Shown: positions 1 to 6,623 of the stretch, in pieces
Position numbering within the stretch: the stretch's first letter is position 1
Layout of the letters: each line of letters begins with the position of its first letter
From: Candidatus Vogelbacteria bacterium RIFOXYB1_FULL_42_16
GTDB lineage: Bacteria; Patescibacteriota; Minisyncoccia; Phycocordibacterales; XYD1-FULL-46-19
Reading direction: 5' to 3'
NCBI GenBank assembly: GCA_001823055.1
Contig: MHTH01000015.1
Span: 1 to 42,821, forward strand
DNA length: 42,821 nucleotides
Notes under the pieces: model-generated
Told to the model about the DNA's origin: nothing
What the model saw: only the letters and a program-made list of their open reading frames with translations
Database searches by the model: none
Translations under genes and position numbers: made by a program

Positions 1-141
1 CTTCGGCATGTTTTTATTTATTGTGTATGGCATATCCTTGATGATATTTCATCAAGTGATGCGAAGCTATTGGGATATTACGTGCCTCTTGCTTTTTTCT
101 GTATGTATGGTATAATAGACAGAGAATAGAAAGGAGGAGAG

Positions 142-369
142 ATGAAAAATATCATTTTTCTCATGTTGACAGCTCTTTTGGCTGTTGGTTGTATCACCGC
201 TGAAAAGAGGTCGTTGCGGGGCGTTGTTGTCTCAAAACCGATTGTCATTCGGGACGGTGAGGAGGTTGAGTCAGCCGAAAAAAGAAAGCCTGCGGTAAGT
301 GATCAACAAAAGATAGAGGCTCGAGAAATTGTCCTAAAAGACATCCTTTATCTGTTTGTGATTAAGTAG
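142..369 (+). CDS. small putative lipoprotein (75 aa)
   Basis: A GGAGGAG Shine-Dalgarno sits just upstream of the ATG. The N-terminal hydrophobic signal ends in a lipobox-like LAVGC. A strong hairpin follows the stop. Confidence 0.5.
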   Translation: MKNIIFLMLTALLAVGCITAEKRSLRGVVVSKPIVIRDGEEVESAEKRKPAVSDQQKIEAREIVLKDILYLFVIK

Positions 370-380
370 TAGAAAATGGT

Positions 381-425
381 GGCCCAGGAGCGACGACTTG
401 TCGTCGCTCCTGGGCCTTTCTTTTG
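381..425 (+). terminator. rho-independent terminator
   Basis: ggcccaggagcgacgac / gtcgtcgctcctgggcc form a near-perfect 16-17 bp stem, followed by tttcttttg. Confidence 0.7.
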
Positions 426-590
426 ATTAAAATTTTTGATTCACCCTGTTTAGTAAGACTTTAATTTTAGTAAAAATTAAAGTCTAGATTTGACCAGTGT
501 ATGATGCTAGAATTAGGTTAGTTTTAGTGAAAGGTTGTTCAATAAAATCAGTTTTTTAAAATTAAGGTCAAATCTTACTTAACAGGGTAA

Positions 591-3500
591 ATGCAATTAA
601 AATCGCTGGAAATTGGCGGGTTTAAATCGTTCGGCAAGAAATCGTCGCTCTTTTTTGACGCGCCAATTACCGCCGTGGTGGGCCCGAACGGTTCTGGTAA
701 ATGTGTTGACGGGTCAACCTTAATTCAACTTGAAGACGGTTCTGTTATTTCAATCAAGGAGTTATTTTTAAAGGCCAATCGTGTCCCTAGCTTTGTTGAA
801 CAGTATGATGATGGTATGGCCATCAAAGGTAACGGGTCTATCAAAGTGGCATCATTGAATCTCGAGACCTTAAAAACAGAATGGCAACCGATATCAGCTT
901 TTATTCGTCGGACAGCGCCAACGTCGATGATTGATATCACCACTCGTTCGGGGCGAGTGATTAAGGCTACACCGTATCACCCTCTTTTTTCGTATGTTAA
1001 TGATCGAGTTGAAACCTTGCGTGCTGATGCCATAAAGATTGGGGAAAAAATTGCCGTGCCACGAATAATCACAACGGAAGGCCAATTACAACCTCTGTTG
1101 ATGTTTGAAATTGCCACCATGTTTGGTCCAGAAGAGGGTATTTATGTTCCATATAGTTCAGCTTTACTTGGAGTCTTGGATAGTCAGATGGAACTACTTG
1201 GAATAAAAACCACTACCGCTTTTGCCAGAGTTTGTGGAACCCCAGAGAAAGTTTTTGCTCGATTGCGTCAAACCCAAGCTCTGCCGGCCTGTTATTTGCC
1301 GAATCTTTATCGGGGGAATGTTTTTGAATCTGCTTTATCGCAAAGGGTTTTGAAATCGAGAGGTTCGGGGACGATGAAAGTGCCTGAATACCTTGATAAA
1401 GAATTTGCTCGATTTTTGGGTTATATAATCTCCGAAGGACGAGTCAGTCGATCGGCTCAAGTGTGGTTTGTTAATGAGGAGCCAGAAATAATTGATGATT
1501 TCATTGATTGTTCAAAGCATTGCTTCGATCTCGAGCCACATGTTTTTTCGTATAAAAAAGGAACAAAGGATGTCATTATTTTTTCCAAGATTCTTACTAA
1601 GTTACTAGATAGAATGTTTGGTTTGAAGATAGATGGTGGCTCTCGGGATAAAATTGTGCCACCGCAAATTTTTCAATCGCCTCAAAATGTGATTACGGCT
1701 TTCCTATCGGCTCTCTATTCCGGTGATGGGTATTTTCATTTGATTGAAAGACCTAAACGACAACAATATATCGAATATTCCACTGCTAGTGAAGATTTGG
1801 CGCGAGGGGTGGCTACATTATTATTACGTTTGGGGATTGTTGCCTTGATTAGAAAAAATAATAAATGCGCGACAAACACCAAAGCAAAAACCAAGAGAAT
1901 TTATTGGTCAGTCTTCGTGTATGGCAATGAGCAAATCAGTCGCTTTGTTGAAATAATCAAGCCATATGGGAGAAAACGCACGGTCGCCGAGAAAATGCAT
2001 TTGTTGAATATCGATAATTCAAATCCTAATCTTGATTTATTGCCAAAGAATATTTTAGAAGATGTCCGCTCCTTGGTGAAAGAAGCCCAAATCAATGTCA
2101 AATCAGCGCGCAAAATTTTACCGCTTTTAGGCGCCTACTGTGAACGGCGATGTCTGCCAAGTCGCCAAGGTGTCATTAAAATCTTAGAATTTGTTAAAAA
2201 AAATGGTCAGATAAATCCTCGGACCAGTTTGTATTTTAAGAGGCTCAAAACCATCGCCGAATCCGATATCTTATGGGATGAGATCATCGCTATAAAAACT
2301 GAAAACGGCAAAGATTATGTCTATGATTTAACTGTGGAAGGAAATCATAATTTTATTGCCAATAATTTTTTTGTTCACAATAGTAACATCGCCGAAGCTT
2401 TTCGTTGGGTGCTGGGCGAGCAATCACTCAAGTCTCTGCGTGGTAAGCGGGGCGAGGATTTAATTTTTTCTGGTCCGGTGGCTAATAGTCGACTCAATCG
2501 GGCGTCGGTGTCGGTGGTGTTTGATAACGCTGATCGGCATTTTGATTTAGATTTTGATGAAGTGAAAATTACGCGCGAAGTTTTTCGCGATGGACTAAAC
2601 GAATATTCGATCAACGGCACGGTTGTTCGTCTGCGTGATATTTTAGAATTACTATCCAAAATTTCTCTTGGCGCTTCCGGTCATCATATTATTTCTCAAG
2701 GCGAAGCCGATCGAGTCCTGACAGCTAGCCCGATCGAGCGCCGAACGATGATCGAAGAAGCTCTCGGATTAAAATTGTACCAATGGAAACTCGACGAAAG
2801 CGAGAAAAAGCTAGCCAAGACCGAAGACAACAAAAAACAGGTGGAATCTCTGCGTCGAGAAATTGCGCCCCATTTGAAATTTCTTAAAAAACAAGTAGAA
2901 AAAATCGAAAAGGCGGATGAGTTGCGTCGAGAGTTGAAAGTCTTGTATCGCGAATATTTAAAACGGGAAAAGGTCCATATCGATTTCTGGCAGAAAAAAT
3001 TGAGTGGCGAAAAACAATCATTGCTGGAAGAATTGCGATCGCTCGATGAGCGGATCAATCTTTTAAGCCAGAAACTACACGCCGACAATTCGGCGAGCGT
3101 TGAACAAAAAAAGATTATTGAAGCCGAACAAGCTTTGCGCGCTCTGCGATTGCGACGTGATGAGATTTCTCGTAGTCTGGGGCGCTTGGAGGGTTTGATC
3201 GAAGTCAAGACCGCGCGTCTGTCGGCTGGACCAGAGGACGAGACTGATCGGCCGATTTCTTTGTCGGCGGTGAGAAATTTGGCCGGTAAAATTACCGAAG
3301 ATTTAGCCAAAGCCGAACAAGCGCCGGATTTTTCTTTGGCCCGGCAAATTTTAGCGGAGATCCGTCGGCGCTTTGACGATTTTTTTGGTGCCTATAATCG
3401 ACCGAAAGAAGAGACCAATTTAGAAGCAGAAGTGGCTAAATTGCAGACCGAGAAAAAAACGTTGGAAAATGAAATTGAATCTAGTTCGACTGAAGAAAAA

Positions 3501-4517
3501 AATATTTTAGCTAAAATTGCCGAACTAAAACAGGCCATTAAAACCGAAGAAGATTCCACACGCGGAGCGGAACGAGAATTGTTTGAGTTAAAAACGCGTC
3601 GCGGTGAATTATCATCGAAGCGGGGCGAATGGCAAGCGCGAGAAGAAACGATTCGGCGGGAAGAAGAAGATTTCCAACGCGAAATCCAAGAAGGTTTAGT
3701 CTTGGTGGATCGGGAAATTTTAATGTTTGAAAATGAAGTGGTCTCGATCGATGAAGTCTTGGCTGAAGATCGGCGAGTGCAGGAAGAACGTCGGCGACAG
3801 GTGGAAAAAGTGAAAATCCGCTTGGAAGATATGGGGGCCGAACGTGGTGATGTGTTGGAAGAATTCAAAGAAGTGACCGAACGTGATACTCACTTAGAAA
3901 AAGAGCTAGGTGATTTAGAAGCGAGCGCTAATTCACTCAAACAAGTGATGCTGGAATTGCGGACCAAGATCGATGTCGAATTTAAAGAGGGAATTATTAA
4001 AATCAATTCGGCTTTTCAACAATTTTTTGCTGAGATGTTTGGTGGCGGTTCGGCTAAATTGGAAGTAGTAGCACCGGTGGTGCGGAAAAATCGCGAAGCG
4101 CGCTTGTTGTCCGATGATGAAGTGATGTTGGAGATGGATAAAGAGGAAGTGGTGGTGGGTAAAGAAGGGATTGATATTAATGTCACTTTGCCACGGAAAA
4201 AAATCAAAGGCTTGGCGATGTTGTCTGGCGGGGAGAGGGCGCTAACTTCGATTGCGCTTTTGTTTGCGATGTCACAAGTCAATCCGCCGCCATTTTTGAT
4301 TCTGGATGAAACTGATGCGGCCCTCGATGAAGCCAATTCACGCAAGTATGGCCAGATGGTGGTCAATTTATCTAAAAGTTCACAACTGATCGTCATTACT
4401 CATAACCGCGAAACCATGACTCATGCCGGTATTTTGTATGGCGTGACTATGGGCAGTGATGGCGTCTCGCGCCTGCTATCGATCAAGTTTGATGAAGCGA
4501 CGGCTTATGCAAAGTGA
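591..4517 (+). CDS. smc: chromosome partition protein SMC, interrupted by an intein (1308 aa precursor, about 748 aa after splicing)
   Basis: The N-terminal head is FKSFGKK...AVVGPNGSGK|intein|SNIAEAFRWVLGEQS. The middle is long and heptad/charged-rich. The C-terminal head carries the signature LSGGERALTSIALLFA and Walker B FLILDETDAALD. Confidence 0.92.
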   Translation: MQLKSLEIGGFKSFGKKSSLFFDAPITAVVGPNGSGKCVDGSTLIQLEDGSVISIKELFLKANRVPSFVEQYDDGMAIKGNGSIKVASLNLETLKTEWQPISAFIRRTAPTSMIDITTRSGRVIKATPYHPLFSYVNDRVETLRADAIKIGEKIAVPRIITTEGQLQPLLMFEIATMFGPEEGIYVPYSSALLGVLDSQMELLGIKTTTAFARVCGTPEKVFARLRQTQALPACYLPNLYRGNVFESALSQRVLKSRGSGTMKVPEYLDKEFARFLGYIISEGRVSRSAQVWFVNEEPEIIDDFIDCSKHCFDLEPHVFSYKKGTKDVIIFSKILTKLLDRMFGLKIDGGSRDKIVPPQIFQSPQNVITAFLSALYSGDGYFHLIERPKRQQYIEYSTASEDLARGVATLLLRLGIVALIRKNNKCATNTKAKTKRIYWSVFVYGNEQISRFVEIIKPYGRKRTVAEKMHLLNIDNSNPNLDLLPKNILEDVRSLVKEAQINVKSARKILPLLGAYCERRCLPSRQGVIKILEFVKKNGQINPRTSLYFKRLKTIAESDILWDEIIAIKTENGKDYVYDLTVEGNHNFIANNFFVHNSNIAEAFRWVLGEQSLKSLRGKRGEDLIFSGPVANSRLNRASVSVVFDNADRHFDLDFDEVKITREVFRDGLNEYSINGTVVRLRDILELLSKISLGASGHHIISQGEADRVLTASPIERRTMIEEALGLKLYQWKLDESEKKLAKTEDNKKQVESLRREIAPHLKFLKKQVEKIEKADELRRELKVLYREYLKREKVHIDFWQKKLSGEKQSLLEELRSLDERINLLSQKLHADNSASVEQKKIIEAEQALRALRLRRDEISRSLGRLEGLIEVKTARLSAGPEDETDRPISLSAVRNLAGKITEDLAKAEQAPDFSLARQILAEIRRRFDDFFGAYNRPKEETNLEAEVAKLQTEKKTLENEIESSSTEEKNILAKIAELKQAIKTEEDSTRGAERELFELKTRRGELSSKRGEWQAREETIRREEEDFQREIQEGLVLVDREILMFENEVVSIDEVLAEDRRVQEERRRQVEKVKIRLEDMGAERGDVLEEFKEVTERDTHLEKELGDLEASANSLKQVMLELRTKIDVEFKEGIIKINSAFQQFFAEMFGGGSAKLEVVAPVVRKNREARLLSDDEVMLEMDKEEVVVGKEGIDINVTLPRKKIKGLAMLSGGERALTSIALLFAMSQVNPPPFLILDETDAALDEANSRKYGQMVVNLSKSSQLIVITHNRETMTHAGILYGVTMGSDGVSRLLSIKFDEATAYAK
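702..2381 (+). mobile_element. intein (560 aa) with LAGLIDADG homing-endonuclease domain, inserted in the SMC Walker A motif
   Basis: It starts with Cys (CVDGSTLIQLEDGS, block A) and has TPYHPLF (block B, TxxH). The two dodecapeptide motifs are FLGYIISEGRV and FLSALYSGDGYF. Blocks F/G are VYDLTVEGNHNFIANNFFVHN, followed by the +1 Ser. Removing it restores GPNGSGK-SN exactly. Confidence 0.92.
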
Positions 4518-4525
4518 GGTATTAC

Positions 4526-4682
4526 GCATGTTAAATTTAAAAGCACAGAAACCCCTCCAGCGAGGGGTTTCTTCCGCTACGCGTGGCCATTTTGCCATTG
4601 TTCTCCGCTTCGCTACGAACGCTAACGCCAATGTCAAAAACCGGCTGGCCACCGCTTCGCGAGGCTTTTAAATTTAACATGC
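4526..4682. repeat. 157-bp element bounded by perfect 19-bp terminal inverted repeats (MITE-like element or structured RNA)
   Basis: gcatgttaaatttaaaagc (4526-4544) is the exact reverse complement of gcttttaaatttaacatgc (4664-4682). Internal hairpins include 4548-4571, and gtggcca/tggccac at 4583-4589/4646-4652. Confidence 0.5.
4548..4575 (+). terminator. probable smc terminator hairpin
   Basis: gaaacccctc-cagc-gaggggtttc forms a perfect 10-bp stem 31 nt after the smc stop. The T-tract (tttcttcc) is weak. Confidence 0.45.
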
Positions 4683-4707
4683 TCCATACCCGATTTAGTG
4701 GCCATCT

Positions 4708-4726
4708 TTCGATATCCAATCTCGAA
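4708..4726 (+). repeat. 19-bp direct repeat, copy 1 (ttcgatatccaatctcgaa)
   Basis: It is identical to 5873-5891. The two copies bracket the NYN gene and a divergent hypothetical gene. Confidence 0.8.
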
Positions 4727-4761
4727 TATTTTGCTTTGCTAAATAAGCGAATTTTGGACTC

Positions 4762-4790
4762 TTGACTCTGAGCGTTGATGGGTATATAAT
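4762..4790 (+). promoter_or_regulatory. near-consensus sigma-70 promoter (TTGACT-17-TATAAT)
   Basis: ttgact is at 4762-4767, followed by a 17-nt spacer and tataat at 4785-4790. It points into the 3' end of the minus-strand NYN gene. Confidence 0.55.
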
Positions 4791-4796
4791 AGCAAT

Positions 4797-4853
4797 GTAT
4801 CAATACGAAAAAGGAACCGAAAGGTGTAAGTGCCTAAGGTCCCTTTTTCTTTT
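4797..4853 (+). ncRNA. candidate short cis-antisense RNA (about 55 nt) overlapping the 3' end of the NYN gene
   Basis: The predicted TSS lies after the 4762-4790 promoter. The hairpin gaaaaaggaacc...ggtccctttttc (4807-4849) is followed by ttttgg. It overlaps the last codons and stop (4834-4836) of the NYN CDS. Confidence 0.3.
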
Positions 4854-5358
4854 GGTGCAAATATTTAATTTTTGCCACAATGTCGGGATTGTTTAGATAA
4901 TCATAAAAAGCCACAGTTAAATTTTTGTATAGAGATGAAGCAAATTTTTTGTTGGGAAAGAGTATTTTTCTAAACTTATCTTTTTTGATTAAATAATCAA
5001 CAACTTTTTTATAGTCGCCATCGCCGGAAACCAAAACTATTTTATCAAAATCTTGGTTGTCTACTAGGTTTTTCATTATCTCAAAAACAATATCCGTATC
5101 AACATTGCCTTTCTTGTTGCCCTTAAGGGTTGGGATATGTTCTTTGAAAACAATAATAAAACCAGATTTTTGCAGATTGTTATATAAATCTTGTTCAGTT
5201 TCAGAAATATAACCCAAGAAATAATAAGCTTCACCGACATGATATTTGTCTTTAAGATAAATTCTAAATTTTCGTAAATCTACCAGCCAATCATCTTGTT
5301 TGGTGCCAAGGTGCAGGTTTTGTCCATCAATAAAAGCTAGGTTATTTTCTCGCGACAT
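4834..5358 (-). CDS. NYN/LabA-like (PIN-like) domain protein
   Basis: Motifs are AFIDGQNL, KGNVDTDIV and LVSGDGDY, typical of NYN (DUF88) ribonuclease-like domains. It is a paralog of 30764-31249. Confidence 0.8.
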   Translation of the reverse strand: MSRENNLAFIDGQNLHLGTKQDDWLVDLRKFRIYLKDKYHVGEAYYFLGYISETEQDLYNNLQKSGFIIVFKEHIPTLKGNKKGNVDTDIVFEIMKNLVDNQDFDKIVLVSGDGDYKKVVDYLIKKDKFRKILFPNKKFASSLYKNLTVAFYDYLNNPDIVAKIKYLHQKKKGP

Positions 5359-5456
5359 TATTTTATTATAACAAAATTTTTACTATTGTCCGAAATAAGG
5401 GAATATGTTAGTAATTATTTGGGTTTGAACAATTTTTATGAAAGGAGGTGGTAAGT

Positions 5457-5804
5457 ATGACAGAGACAAAGGTGCCGTCTCTCAAAGAGGTCGAGGATTC
5501 GATCCTATCTTTTCTTGATGGGATTGAAGTATCTTCTGAACGAACGGAAGCGATAGATGATTTACTTCATCGTCTCAATTTCGAGCGTCGTGTGACCATT
5601 CTTACCGATGAAGAAAGGGAGCGTATGATGAAAGAAGGTCTTTCTCCAACTGAAAGAGAGAGTCTCAACTGCGTATCGTCTGATCCAAAGGCTTTTGAGG
5701 AACGTCTACAATCGTATGCTAGATCAATATATTTCAGGCGATGTGCCTGGGAAAATTATCTGAATGGCCTTACCGATCAAAAACCATTCTCCTCTAAAGT
5801 CTAA
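5457..5804 (+). CDS. hypothetical protein (115 aa)
   Basis: An AAAGGAGGTG SD lies 6-9 nt upstream of the ATG at 5457; the ORF-track GTG at 5448 sits inside the SD. A terminator follows the gene. Confidence 0.55.
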   Translation: MTETKVPSLKEVEDSILSFLDGIEVSSERTEAIDDLLHRLNFERRVTILTDEERERMMKEGLSPTERESLNCVSSDPKAFEERLQSYARSIYFRRCAWENYLNGLTDQKPFSSKV

Positions 5805-5820
5805 GGTAGTCTCGGTTTAT

Positions 5821-5862
5821 ATCCCGCTTAACAGTGATTTTACTGTCGAGCGGGATTTTGTA
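5821..5862 (+). terminator. rho-independent terminator
   Basis: atcccgct..acagt / actgt..agcgggat form the stem, followed by tttgt. Confidence 0.6.
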
Positions 5863-5872
5863 TATAAAATTA

Positions 5873-5891
5873 TTCGATATCCAATCTCGAA
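5873..5891 (+). repeat. 19-bp direct repeat, copy 2 (ttcgatatccaatctcgaa)
   Basis: It is identical to 4708-4726. Confidence 0.8.
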
Positions 5892-5915
5892 CAACTTGAA
5901 TGGTCTGGATATTTT

Positions 5916-5944
5916 TTGAGCGAGTGCTATGCTTGAATTAGAAT
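5916..5944 (+). promoter_or_regulatory. sigma-70-like promoter (TTGAGC-17-TAGAAT) in leaderless configuration
   Basis: The -10 element ends 6 nt before the ATG at 5951. Confidence 0.45.
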
Positions 5945-5950
5945 GTTCTC

Positions 5951-6241
5951 ATGTGGTACAAAACAAATGGCCATTGGCCTAGAAAGGGATTTGGTATGTG
6001 CTTGGCAAAGAACCCAAAGAAGGGGCAGACTTCCAAAGATGCTCCAGACAGTATCAGTGCGCAACAAGACCAATCAACACCTGTTCTGCGTGGCCTCGAC
6101 ATATTCAAGGTGTGTCCGAGTGCTAAACGATACGCTGATGAGATGGATGCTTGGGCTCAGCGCTCGAGAGATGCCCCTCGTTTGGTTGGAGGGTGTTCGC
6201 CTCGTCCCGGGTTTGAACACACCAACTGTACTCTTGAGTGA
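5951..6241 (+). CDS. hypothetical protein (96 aa), possibly leaderless
   Basis: The ATG lies 6 nt after a TAGAAT -10. The local GC is higher than the flanks. I recognise no family, and an overlapping ORF in another frame adds uncertainty. Confidence 0.35.
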   Translation: MWYKTNGHWPRKGFGMCLAKNPKKGQTSKDAPDSISAQQDQSTPVLRGLDIFKVCPSAKRYADEMDAWAQRSRDAPRLVGGCSPRPGFEHTNCTLE

Positions 6242-6258
6242 AAAGCAAGGAGAACCTT

Positions 6259-6444
6259 ATGGACAGGCATGGCGAAGAGAACGGCATCTCAAAAGGAGAT
6301 GATCCGCACCACGGAAAGGTCTATGGCGTGAATGTCCTTCCATTTATGCCGGCGGTGGAGGCCTACCTTAAGGAGATGGCAGAAGCCAGAAGGCAATCAG
6401 CCTTTTCTCAACGGGTGATCGGCCCTTGTAAGCCAGCATGGTGA
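6259..6444 (+). CDS. hypothetical protein (61 aa)
   Basis: AAGGAG (6247-6252) lies 6 nt upstream of the ATG at 6259. A terminator follows the gene. Confidence 0.4.
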   Translation: MDRHGEENGISKGDDPHHGKVYGVNVLPFMPAVEAYLKEMAEARRQSAFSQRVIGPCKPAW

Positions 6445-6468
6445 TGCTCTGTTCACCTCGTGGCAACA

Positions 6469-6512
6469 AGCCTTGACCTTGCGGTTTCCGCAGAGTTGAG
6501 GCTTTTCTTTTT
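6469..6512 (+). terminator. rho-independent terminator
   Basis: The stem agccttgaccttgcgg / ccgcagagttgaggct includes G-U pairs and is followed by tttcttttt. Confidence 0.55.
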
Positions 6513-6526
6513 AAAAAATATTCTAG

Positions 6527-6576
6527 TCAATCCTTACGCTTTTTCTCACGACCGTGAGAAAAAGCGTAAGGATTGA
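6527..6576. terminator. long perfect hairpin between convergent genes
   Basis: tcaatccttacgctttttctcacg / cgtgagaaaaagcgtaaggattga form a roughly 23-bp perfect stem. It lies 48 nt downstream of the minus-strand rnr stop. Confidence 0.6.
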
Positions 6577-6623
6577 TACTCTCTAAAATCTAATAGCTAA
6601 AAGCGATAACCTAACAGCTGTTT

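Noticed and set aside
2375-4396. Long antisense ORFs inside smc (94-204 aa), and similar ones inside rpoB, rpoC, dnaG, rpoD, pepF and the AAA+ gene
   Set aside because: They are shadow ORFs opposite well-supported genes. Their compositions are low-complexity and Ser/Arg-rich, and they have no start-site signals.
4456-4803. Three overlapping 60-88 aa ORFs across the inverted-repeat-bounded element after smc
   Set aside because: They overlap one another on both strands, lack SD or promoter context, and span the terminal inverted repeats. The region is better explained as a structured or mobile non-coding element.
4795-4896. 33-aa ORF (MYQYEKGTERCKCLRS...) starting just after the 4762-4790 promoter
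   Set aside because: Its ATG is only 4 nt from the -10 element, too close for a TSS at the start codon. The frame also runs straight through the terminator hairpin and antisense to the NYN coding sequence.
5943-6302. 119-aa ORF in an alternative frame of the higher-GC unit
   Set aside because: It overlaps both better-supported frames: 5951 with leaderless promoter spacing, and 6259 with AAGGAG-N6-ATG. It lacks its own initiation signals. It is kept only as a caveat on coding assignment.
5940-6460. RNase P RNA, tmRNA, SRP RNA or another large known ncRNA in the ORF-poor higher-GC stretch
   Set aside because: I could not find the hallmark motifs: GAGGAAAGUCC for RNase P, a tRNA-like GGGG...UCCACCA end for tmRNA, or the GGAA-capped AGCA/GNAR domain IV for SRP. 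Promoter/SD signals favour small proteins instead.
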